Shown here one piece after another: positions 38,301 through 49,500 of a stretch of 64,000 bases of DNA. The number at the start of each line of letters is the position of its first letter. Positions within the stretch are counted from its first letter, which is position 1. The position numbers and the translations under genes are program-made. The notes under the pieces were generated by a model. It saw nothing but the letters and a program-made list of their open reading frames with translations. It made no database searches and was not told the origin of the DNA. The stretch is from Chlorokybus atmophyticus (lineage: Eukaryota > Plantae > Mesostigma and Chlorokybus algae), in contig RHPI01002090.1 in assembly GCA_009103225.1 (NCBI GenBank), positions 480,652-544,651 of the forward strand. The letters run 5' to 3'.

Positions 38301-41300
38301 TGTCCACTAGTTCAATGTCCATCTGGTATGCTGAGCAGATGCCCAGCTCCTTCACACTGAAGCTGAATTGGCTCCTCCACTTGTTGAGGAGAGCCTCGAG
38401 TTGCTCTCGAGTCTGGCCTGTGGCCAGCGGTTCCAATGGCGTGGGACCACGAGGTAGCGTTGGCGACCACTGGAATGTCTTCCACAGTGACTGCTGCCTG
38501 CTCCTCCATGTGGGCGGTCTCGAGGGCGGTGTGTGCTGCTTTGGTCTCTGAAAAGCGAGCAATCCACCCCCCAGCCAGGTGTTCGAGCTCCTGGAAGGAC
38601 ACATGGCGGTCCTGGAGAGCAAAGCACATTTCCAAGTACCACACCATGCTGTTCTGATCCATGGCGCGCCCTAACAACTGACATTGTTGACTGGTTGTCA
38701 GCGTGGAGCCTGTGATGCTGCCTGGAAAGAATCCCATAGCACGCTTGCGCTCGCGGGCATTGGGTTCTTCCAGCTGTCCAGTGTTGGAGTCCAACACCAT
38801 GCCGTCGCCTCCATTGCGGAACGCGTAGGAGCCTGGATAGGATACAAGCGTGGGTAGTGCGCGGCGCGGCTGACCAGGCTGGTTGCACTGGTAGAAGTGG
38901 TGGCGGTCACGGCGTGTGACCGGCTGCGCTGTGCGTCCAGGGTCCAGGATGTCATCGACGACGAGATTTCGTGGCCGATTGCTGTATAGGTACTCTGCCA
39001 GAAATAGGTCTTCCACAATGGCCAGGTTGGTCCACTTGGCGCGGACGCGGCGTGCACGAGAGCCATGACGTGCGGCGTTGATTTTGAGAGGATGCCCCAG
39101 CAAGGAGCATACTTGCCGATAGGCCTTGGCGACGTGAAGCCGCTTGTCATCCTCGGAGTGCACATTCTCGATGATGTACCCCAAGGGCCTAGCGATCTGA
39201 CTGGTCTGTAGGAGTATGATGACTTACATTAGCTCCCAGAACAGCTGTGAGCGAGGATCAGAGAGCCCTTGGCCTCTGCCTGCCCTGGAGTGCCCTTTAC
39301 ACTCCCATCCTGCTATCAGCAGGTCAACGTTGCCGACTGCCTGCAGGTGATCCTTGGTAATCCGGCGGATGTCCTGCGGTAGAGCCTTCTGGCTCCCTTG
39401 CAGTGCCGACAGTGGTAGCTGCTGCGGGTAGCGCTGGTGCAGCTGTCGTAAATGATGGCTCAGAGCCTCCTGTGCCTGAGGGTCAGGGTGACAGGAGAGG
39501 TACTTGGTGACTGTTGTTCCTGTGTTGAGGACAGCCGCAAGCCCACTGCCTATGCCTCCGAACAGCTCCAGCACGGTGATGCCTTGTTGTCGGCGGAACA
39601 TGTGGAACTCCACAACTCCCGTAGCTATGTGGTACTGCTCCTGCACTGTAGCCTGGTCTTTGTAGACAGGGAAGTGTGCAGTGAGCTGAGGCCTGGTCAG
39701 CAACATGTGTGCTGCTACTTGTGCGCTCCAGCGACGCTCGGATGGCTCCTGAAAGGCCACTTCTTTGGTGACAGCCTCCTGAGACTCATCGTACGGTGTA
39801 GGAGAGTCCTCTTCAGCGTTTGGGCTCGGGCTCGATCTCGTTGCAGTTGTCCTCGGCTGCGTTCGGGCACGAGGCACACGTGAGCTTTTTGTAAGACTGT
39901 AGGTGGCTGCTGCAGCCGATATTCGTTGCAAGCGGTCCTTGGCCACCTGTTCGAGAGGTAGGAATCCCTGCTCCTCTCCATCGTCCTCATCCCAATGCGG
40001 TCGAAACCATGCCTGCTCAGTCCAGCGGTCCATCCCCATGCCGACAGGGAAGTTGCAGTCCTGTCCCAGCAGTAGGTCAAAGGACCCGGCATCGGTGACC
40101 ACACACCGTTGTACAATCTCGGTGCTGTGGGAAGGGTTTAGTCCTGTGAGGCGAATGCTCACAGCCTGCTTGGTAAGGCCGAGCACCTTGTCGCGGTTGC
40201 CGGTTGCGGTGTCCAGCTGGTAGGGACAGGGAAGCAGCTCAGCGCTGGTGATGCCGAGATCTCGTGCGAGATAGCGCCCAATGATGACAGGCTGTGCTCC
40301 AGTGTCCAGCATCACGCGTTTGGGTGCCCGCCCATTGACGGTCACGTGCTTGCCTTGGTTGGCGATCATGGCTGCATTGGCGTTGATGCGCAGCCTCTTG
40401 CAGCGATGGAACCTCTTGCGTGGAGAGACTGTTGCTTTACTCTCATCTGCGGGGCCTGACCGTAGGGCAGCCAGGGCTCCTCTGCCTGATGGATCTTGTG
40501 GGCCTCCTTGTCCTCGGCTTTGTCCAAACCGTCCTTGTCGCGGTTGCTGGTACACGCGTGGTGGCCTAGGCACAGGAGGTGCTGCTGCAACCTGTCCAAG
40601 TGGAGGTGCAGGAGGGTTGACCCTCTGTGCAGCTGTTGTCATGCCAGGAGGAGTGGCCAGTGGCTGTGGCGGGAACCCTGGAGGACCTGGTGTTTGCGGG
40701 ACTGCCTCTCGTGCAGCCTGCTCCTCTGCATAGGTCCATCGCACAGCATGGGCTGCCTCTGTGACTAGTGTACCTTCCCATGTCGCCGTCGCATTGTTGT
40801 CCACGTCTATATAGCGATGGTTATGAGGCATGGGCTGCAGGTACACTGCGCGTAGGAGCCGCGCCCTCATGTCGTGAGTGACGGTAGGCACCCTGAGGAT
40901 CCCTGCCATGTAAGCATCCCATCTGCCGTTGACCACTCCCACTTCCAGCACTGTTATTGCTCGTGTGCGTACAATGAGGCGGGTCTCTGGCTGTTGGACA
41001 TGCTGCTCGTAAGCAGCGGCGATGCGCCTGCGCTGACGTCCTGCCTCCACTCCTGGCAAACTCAGTATCGCCTCCAGAGCTCCCTCCAGAGTGTCAGTGG
41101 CGGCGGAAGCCACTTCATCATAGGCTTGCCGTATGGAGCGAAGGAATGCGTCCACCCACGCTATTCTGGCGCCGAAAGCGAACAACGGGACTGCGGGATG
41201 GTTGGTGACCAGCCACGTCACTAACCGTGCGCGTGCCGCGTTGCCATTGTCTCGCATCCCAAGCATCTGCCGAAGTCCGATGCCTTCTTGCCGATGCAGC

Positions 41301-44300
41301 ATGGTTGCTTGTCGCACCAGAGCAGTGCGTAGTTGTTGCTCTCCAACCAGTCCTGCTCCATCTCTTTGTGTACACCCTTGTAGTGTAAGGTAGCCCCTCC
41401 CTGGCTCCCTTTGGTCCTCAGGTAGATCCTCCACCAGCGCAGGCAGCAACGGGGCGATCACCCCCCTCGTTTGTTGAGCCAACGCCCTCGCTTGGTCAGA
41501 GTTGGTCTCGACGAAGAGCGGAGTGGTGCTGGAGGATGGATCAGCAGTTGGTGACTGAGGTATTGGTGCACGTGTAGCTTCAAGAGCTTGTTCACGTGCA
41601 GCAATGGCGGCAGCTTGATCCTGTCGCCAATGATATGCTTGTTCCAGTGCGTGGTAGCGCTGATGAAGACGAGCGGTTGTTGAAGGTCCGAGTGCTTCAT
41701 CAGTGCCCAAAGGCAGGTCGGCTGCGTCGGCGATGCGCTGCTGGACGGCGTCTTGGCGGTCCCGATACGTGTCCAACGGGCTGGGTTCAAAAGCGGTGGT
41801 TGGCATGCGTGCAGGCTGGCGCGGGGCGGTCTGCATGTTGTTGTGCAACGCCCAGAACAGCTGCAGAGCCAACTCCAACACTACAGGTGGGCTGTAGCTG
41901 ATCAAAAACACCCTGTCACGCATCGGAGGTGCAGTGCCAGCAAGGATCTCATCTTCTAACTGGTGTTGAGTGAGTGCTGGAAGGGTGTGAACCTCTGGTA
42001 GCGGGAAGACGCGATCATCGCGGGCGACACGCGTGGTGCGCTCCCCCCCCCGACCGAAGGCGATGGTAGTGGGGTCTGCTCCGCGCAGGATGGTTTCCCA
42101 TGCTCGTTCAGCTTGCTGACCAGTTGGGACAGCCTGAGTGACGTCGAGAGCGGGCAGAGTGGCTGCGCGCGTCGCTGCAGAGACAGCGGGCTCGACGATG
42201 GCCATTGTGGCAGTTGCGACGGTATCGGTCGGTGGTGCGAGAGTTGTCTTAACGCCTACGGACAGAGGCATTGCTGCAGTGGGAAGTGCACCGCCCACTG
42301 GTGCAGATTCGGTAGTGATGGCGGCTGCTGCCAGTGTGCTCACCAGCGTCGGCGTCACGGTGCCCACCGGTGTACCAGGTTGTGGTGCAACTGGAGTGGG
42401 TACCGCTGACGTTGGTGGAGCCGACGTTGTAGCCGGTGTGGCTGTTGCTACGGAGGCAGCACCACTGGTGGCTTCGGAGGAGGTGCCTGCTGATGTTGTT
42501 GCAGCTTCCCCTCGTGCTCGTCGTGATGGTTGAACGCGGGACGGAGTGTTCCTGTCTCTCTCGCGTTTTGCAGCCATCAGCGCCCATCGGGCCGTGTAGC
42601 AGGCGCGGTAGTCCTGCTCCTTGTCTTCCTCCAAGCGTGCTATATGTGCCATGAGGGCTGCCATATGGTCATCAGCTGGTGGGTTGGCTGAAGCCTTGGC
42701 GGCAACAGCAGCAGCGCGCGGACGTGTCTCTGGTCCCTTACGCTGAGGAGGTCTGTTCTTCCCCCTGTAGCCTTGCTCTTCCTTGCGAACACTGGCGTTG
42801 TTGTTGTTGTTACTGCCACCAGCGTTGTTGCTGTTGTGGGCTCCAGTGTTGTTGCTATTGTAGCCACTGAAGTGGTTGCCAGTGTGGCCCCCAGTGTTGT
42901 TGCTGTTGTAGCCACTGAAGTTGTTGCCAGTGTGGCCTCCAGTGTTGTTGCTGTTGTAGCCACTGAAGTTGTTGTGGTTGTAGCTGTTGGCGGGCCTCAA
43001 CTCTGGGAACTTGAGCCAGCAAACTGACTCCAAATGACCAGTCTTGTGACAGTGGTCGCAAACCAAAGTTGAGTATTCTTCGGTGCACTCCTTTTGGTAG
43101 TGCCCATGCCGTCCACAGCGATGACACAGCACAGGGGCAGCAAGTGCAGCATGAGCTGACCGTTTCCCTTTGTCGCGTGCTGGTGGAGCGTCCCGGCCAC
43201 GGTCGCGGCGAGGAGGCTCAGTTGTCGTGCTGACTACAGGCCGTGCGGCGCTGCGGTTGGTGTCCAGCACTGCCTTCTCATACACCAAGCGCTTGTGGAT
43301 GGCTTGTGCAGTCTCGAAGGCTTCTTTGAGGGTGTAGCCAAGGGGCCTGCTGTAGTTCAGAGTCAGGCGTGTGGACTCGCTCAGAGCAGCATCCAACTCA
43401 TTGACGTATATCACTGCAGCAGCCTCCTCACTAACAATCTTGTAGTCAGTGTCCTTCAGCAGACCTTCCAGTCTGGAGTACAAGCGGAGGGGATCCTCAT
43501 TGGGCTTGCGTCGGAAGCGTCTCAGCTCCTCAACCTTGCTGGTGGTCTGAGGAGGGAAGGTACGGCGCAGGGCAGCGTACAGGTCCTTGAGTGGAGAATC
43601 AGAGATGGCAGCACCTATGGTGATGGCTGGTGCGCGCAGTGCTACTGACCCGAGGGTGAAAGCGCTGCCTCCTGCTCGAGAGCCAGGTGTTACTGGAGGT
43701 AGAGGAGTACCCCACTCTGCGGCTGCCGCTTGCTGCACAGCTCTTTATTCCTCAATTATAATGGCAAAACGGTCAAGGATGCGGACTCGACGTGTGGCCT
43801 CCTTGGACTCAACTTCTGCAGGGGTCAAGTTGACAAGTACCAACTCTGGTTCCTCCTCCTCTGCCTGCTTGAGAGCTGCAGCTATGGTCAAGCCTGTTAC
43901 TGCAATTGAAGTGGCAGGTGGAACGACACCTGCTGGACGGTGCAGGGATGCAGATGCTATGGTGCTAGCAAGCTCGCCATAGCCGTCTACTCGATGCAGT
44001 TCAGCAACGGACTTCCAGACATCGTGTGCTTCATGATCAAGATACTGAGCAGCAATGTGGAAAGAGATCTCATCTGACTGATCCGTTGTTCTTCAGTGCT
44101 TGCTGCCGCATCTTGGAGTGGAACTTGATGATGAACTCATCCAGCGAGGTGGTGCCGGCACGTCCGGAGAAGCGCAGGGATGTGGTTGAACTGGAAGATT
44201 CCATCTCGTCGTCGTCGCTGTCCGATGATAGTGGAGAAGTTGGATGACGAGGAGTAGAGTGGAGCGGGGTGAAGCTGGAGATGGAGCGCGAGCCTCTGCT

Positions 44301-44411
44301 GCTGCGGTCGATGCTTCCGTCACTGGTCCGCTCGTAGGTGAGGTTGGTGGTTGGGCTCCAACTGCCGAGGTCACCCTCGTCTATTGGGGAGAACGGGGTG
44401 GGCCTGCTCAT
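35314..44411 (-). pseudogene. Gag-PR-DNMT-RT-RNaseH-INT-PHD polyprotein, 4 lesions (frameshift ~44072, stop ~43750, stop 39226-39224, +1 at 38433/4)
   Basis: Gag LRFSG..LDEFI; CCHC knuckles CHRCGRHGHYQKEC and CDHCHKTGHLESVC; protease MLDTGA (~40300); DNMT motifs I, IV, VI, VIII, X (39.59-38.6 kb); RT MPFGL, YIDD (37830-37819); RNaseH TDWS..E..TDH; integrase H-H-C-C, D(WGLD)-D(TDQG)-E(LAER); C4-H-C3 PHD at the end. Confidence 0.92.
42843..42974 (-). repeat. 48-bp coding tandem repeat (NNFSGYNSNNTGGHTG x ~2.75) in Gag
   Basis: Units at 42843, 42891 and 42939. Confidence 0.9.
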
Positions 44412-44600
44412 ACAGCTGGTCCAGAGGTGAAAGGGTAGAGTGCTTGTGCTCGACCGTCTATCCTGATGCTGTTACCACCCAACACACTAGTGCTTGTGCG
44501 CACTATGTGATGACAATGATAACGAATGCCCAGCGATGTATCCCTGGGTGCAGACTGCACTATCTGATGCAGATTGCAACACACTCACTTGTGCAAAGAG

Positions 44601-44952
44601 GGTGACACTGTAAGTCAACAAGCCACTACGATAGGTAGTGCTGTGGACACAGTTCTTTGCATGAGTGGATAGAATGATACACTGTTAAGTGAGGTGAATG
44701 AGTGTGCAACACGTGGATACAACACCCTGACTACTGAAACAACACACCACCGTCAAGCTCACAGCAATGGCAGGCACAGCGCACAAGAGCATGCNATAAG
44801 GGAATTCTTGGCAACTGGGGCAGCGTGCTTCCAGTTCAAGTCGCTTCACAAGCTCTTTAGAAACAGAGTCTTTACTTCTTAGTACTCCTAGTACTCACAG
44901 TACTCACTTACAGTGTCACCAGCCAGTCTGGTGACGTGACTTCCTACTTATA
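44601..44952 (-). promoter_or_regulatory. TATA box (44952-44947), predicted TSS ~44920 and self-priming site (44615-44601)
   Basis: GGTGACACTGTAAGT (44920-44906, element strand) is the exact reverse complement of ACTTACAGTGTCACC (44615-44601) at the PBS position. The TATA-to-GGTGAC spacing of 32 nt is repeated at 52317/52349. Confidence 0.75.
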
Positions 44953-46574
44953 CATGTCAAATCATGACTGTGCAGTGCCACGCGGGCACTAGGCCAACGG
45001 TCACATCGAGGCCTCATGCTATTTCGGAAATCTCCTAAGACTCGATATAGCACATGTGTTCTTAACAGACTTACAACTGATCAGCTACGCGCGGTCCCTA
45101 CAGACAGGTCTATAAAGTAGCCCTAGCTACATGCTACATGAGTGATACAGTAGCTAGCAGTAGGCTGGGGCTCGCGCGGTCTTCATGCCGGTAGCCCGGG
45201 CATGGGGCTGGGTGTAGGCCTGCTCGAGAAGGACTGGCATGCGAGGGTAGATGGCATGACAGTGCTGCGCCAACGCCTCAGGCCTTCGTGTGCTAGGCAA
45301 GAAGTAGCCGACTGTTTTGCACCTCCTGCCTCCCCTCAACCACAGCCACATGCTCGCAATAACAATCCTGCACCCTCCCTTTATGCTGCGGAGACTCACT
45401 TGCCACCGAACTCTAACCATCCGGAGGCATCTCCATCAAGAAACAGCGGTAGCTCGCCCTCTCCCTCTAAGCTTGCCACATTGATCCCAGCCTGTCTTGT
45501 TGGTAAGATTGATCGAGGTGTCCTGAAAGCTGCGCTGAAAGACAAAGGCTTCATGCTCGACCTCATGAAGCAACATGAGGTTGTTGAGGAACGGGAGGCA
45601 ACCAACAAGCGCAAGGCTGTGGAGCAAAAAGATAACGCGTTACCTCTTCTGAGTGACAATGCCACGGACAGCGCCTGCCAGGTTGTGCAGGTTGACAAAA
45701 AAAAAAGGAAGAAGGTTGTTGGAACAAGGGACGCTGACATGAACAAAAAAGCAAAGGTGAGGCATCATTACAATGTAGTTACAATAAGCACAGCGCCTTG
45801 AAGCCTCACAAGGGCTGACTGTGTATGCGGAGTAGGCACAAGCGGGTTTACAGCGTCATGTGGCTGCTCGGCATCGTCCAGAAAAACAGCCGATGCGGCA
45901 CGAGCTGCCTCAGCTGAAAACACCGACGCGCAGACGCTTTGAGGGGCTGACTCGTAGTGCAAAGGAGTTGATCGCCCTACAATACGACCAAGACGCGCTG
46001 CATCACCGCATGCGGCATGCCTCGAGGTGGGTGGCGAAAGTATGCAATAAGTAGGAGCAAACGCGGAGAGTGCGGTCTACACAGACCTCTAGGAATTGGC
46101 CATAATTGGAACCCAAACACAACATGGCCATGCGTAGTACGTTCAACGTTGTTGCCCCTCGTTGTCCTCGATATGGTGGTGGTGTTGCTGCCGCAGCAAC
46201 CCGGCAATGTGCAAGAGCTATCCGCGGAGTAGAACTTCGACCTGCTGCAACAGCTGTACTTGTTGATGTCGACTGATGCGGGTCGAGATGTGTGCCACCA
46301 CTGAATAAACATACTGGGTGGCAAGTAAGACCATTTGAGCTATACTTGGCATGCTTTGGCTGGCAGTGGCTGTATGTCATACGGCACGTCGAGCTAATTG
46401 TGTGAAAGCTTGAAGAAGATGGTGATGCGGGCGATTACACGAGTGACGACAGCCATGTCGAGGGCCTGTATGAACGCATGCTGGACGAGACCACCAAGAT
46501 CAATAGGTGGTGTATAGCGGCAGATGGGCGTTAGGTGGTTGAGCAGGCAGTGGAGCGTTATGCTGCGCTATTCA

Positions 46575-49500
46575 AATGGGAGTCGCTGCCTGGTTTCGTC
46601 CTCATTGGGATGAGGAGGACGGAGAGGTTCAAGGATATCTGCCTCTCGAGTTGGTAGCTCGCACTCGCTCCCAACAAAGGTTAGCTGCAACAACCACCTA
46701 CAGGTCGTTGTCGGCAACCACTGACAGGTCAGCTGCGACAGCAACCCACAGGTCGGGCTCGACAACCACTGGCAGGTCATCTGCGGTGGTCACCCACAAC
46801 GCGGACCAAGACTCTCCTATCCCATACGACGAGTCTCAGGAAGATGCCAATGAGGAAGTGGCCCACTAGCAACTAGCGGAACGCCGCTGGCGCGCACAGG
46901 TGGTCGCCCATCTGCTACTGACCAGACCGCGGCTCACTTCACGGTTCCCTCGCTACAAGGACCAAGCTGCTGTCAAGGAACAACACCAGGCGGCCACTGG
47001 AGTAGTGGAGTTTCACGTATTCCGGCAACAACAAGGCATCACCGTGTTGGAATTATTCGGAGGAATAGGTAGTGGCCTCGCTGCTGTTCTCAACACCGTG
47101 TTGACTGTCGCGCCGGTGACCGGCGCGACAGTCACCAAGTACTTCTACTGTGACCTTGATTCACACGCACAAATTGCCCTGGGCCACCACCTGCGCCACC
47201 TACACAAATGCTACCCGCAGCGACTGCCGCTATCGGCACTGCAAGGCAGTCTAAAGGCACTGCCACATGACATCCGTTCAATCACTGCGGATCACCTCCT
47301 AGCGGTGGGCAACATCAACCTGCTGATAAGGATGGAAAGGACACTCCAGAGTAGGCGGCCAAGGACTCGCTGATCCTCGCTCACAACTGTTTTGGGAACT
47401 GATGCGTGTCATCAAAATTTTGCAGAGCAACCAGCTGTCCAGGCCTCCAGGATACATCATTGAGGATGTGCACTCTGTTGAAGGTATTACATGGGTGATG
47501 CTTGTATCCGGTCAGCTTGCCCTTCATACAGGAGTCGAGGGTCGAAGGTACTAGCAAGAAGCGCGTGGGCTCCAGACTTAGCAAGACGGTCGAGTCATGA
47601 CGGACTCCGGACCAGGCTGCTTGGTAGAGCCTGGGGAGAAATCGCGTAGCTTTGTGGATACGTAAGCTTAGCAGGCGTGGCTTAGCTTGTTGGAAAGCTC
47701 TGGTTGTAAGCTAGATAGAGTAGCTTACAAAACAGCAATCGGCTGAGTATAGCGCACGCGGTGCTTGCCAATGTAGACGTGTGTAGAGACTGGCGGGGTA
47801 TAAAGCCCAGACTTGTTGCAATGAAGATAAGAGGTCACGATGTAGCATATGTGCGGATGCTATGGCGGCAGTAGCAGTCATGCTCTTGTGTTGATGTTGT
47901 TGGCGTGTCACTTGCACGTGTGTATGTCAACACTCCGAGGACGATAAGCGCCATCACGTGGCCAACAGCTTCCAACAGGTGTGTTCCTTACTGGGGCATC
48001 CTCTCAATATCAACGCAGCGCGGCATGGCTCCCGTGCTCATCGTGTCCGCGCCAAGTGGACCAACCTGGCAACAGTCAAAGATCTCTTTGCTGCTGAATA
48101 TCTGCACATCAGTCGTCCACGCAATCTGACAGTCGATGCTATCCTGAACCCTGGTGGAACAGCACAACCAGTCACCCGACGCGATCACCACCACTTCTAC
48201 CAGTGCAACCAGCCCGGGCAACCACGTCGTGCGCTCCCCACGCTGGTGTCCCACTCAAAATCGTACGCCTTCTGCAACCACGGCGCAGGCATGGTGTTGG
48301 ATCCCAGCACAGGCCAGCTGGAGGAACCCAATGCACGTGAGCACGAATGCGCAATGGGATTGACTTCAGGCAGTATGACAGGTTCCACGCTGACCGACAG
48401 TCAGCAATGGAATGCCAACTGTTGGGACGCGCCATGGATCAGAATAGCATGGTATGGTTATTGAAAACGTGGTTTGCTCTTCAAGACCGCCATGTGTCCT
48501 TCCAGGAGCTCGAACACCTGGCAGGGGGGTGGGCCGATCGCGTGCAAGAGACCAAAACGGCACATACCGCCCTCGAAATCGCCCATATGAAGGAACAGGC
48601 AGCAGTCACTGTGGAGGACATCTCAGTGGTCGCCAATGCCACCTCTTGATCCCATGCCATTGAACCAATGGCTACAGGTCAGATGCGAGAACAACTGGAG
48701 GCTCTCCTCAACAAGAGGAGAAGTCAGTTCAGTTTCAACGTAAGGGAACTGGGTGTTTGCTCAGTTTACCAGATGGACATCGAGTTGGTGGACACCGAAC
48801 CGGTGTTTCGACGACAATACCGACTCTCCAAATTGGAAGAAGTCTTGGTGGAGCAGAGGTGCAAGGCTCTGCTAGATGCAGGCCTGATTGAGGAGTCCAC
48901 ATCGGACTTTGCGGCCGCAACCGTCATGCCCCTGAAGAAGGATTCAGCAGGCAACTGGACAGACCGGCGCATGTGCGGCGACTATCGCCCCCTCAACAAC
49001 AAGACCAAACAAGACAGGTATCCAATGCCTACCGCAGAGGGTATTGATGATGTAGGAGACTGCACCGTCTTCAGCATCCTGGATATGCGATAAGGGTACA
49101 ACTAGATCGCCATCAAGGAGGAGGACAAGCACAAGACCTCTTTCTGGGGCAACCGGCAGCTGTACGAGTGGAAGGTCATGCCCTTCGGACTGAAGAACGC
49201 TCTTGCCAAGTTTCAGCGCGTCATGGACAAAGCCTTGAAGGGGCTGGACTTCGCGCGATGCTCCATCGACGACATTCTCATCTTCAGTCGCAGTAACGAC
49301 GAGCACCTGCAGCACATCGAGGCAGTGCTGGAGAGACTTAAGGGGGTGGGAATGACAGTGCACCCCGACAAGTGCACCTTCTTTACTCGCAAGGTACCCT
49401 ACCTAGGGCACATGATTGTGCCTTACGGTGTGCACGAACTGCAGGCAAAGGTGGAGGCTTTATCGGCTATCCCTGCTCCCACAGACCTTACGCGTCTGCG

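Larger units (their letters stand above)
34142..45261 (-). mobile_element. Full-length Ty3/Gypsy retrotransposon with C5-methyltransferase and PHD domains and split terminal repeats; 4-bp TSD GTGC
   Basis: Ends read TGTCATGCC...GGCACGACA on the element strand; GTGC at 34138-34141 and 45262-45265. Repeats: L1 45261-44626, s 44625-44613; PPT 35275-35268; s 35267-35255, X1 35254-35033, gc, L2 35030-34381, s 34380-34368, X2 34367-34142. Confidence 0.93.
31900..46560 (+). pseudogene. Degenerate gene with an OTU-protease-like motif, split by the Gypsy insertion (pieces ~31.9-34.14 kb and 45.26-46.56 kb)
   Basis: APTDGNCLYHCV at ~33475-33512. Removing 34142-45265 rejoins an open stretch ..RMRSRVLRQRLRPSCARQEV... 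Many stops elsewhere. Confidence 0.35.

Noticed and set aside
34142-45261. DIRS/Ngaro tyrosine-recombinase element as the explanation of the split repeats
   Set aside because: No YR domain seen; protease, DDE integrase, PPT and TSD are all present.
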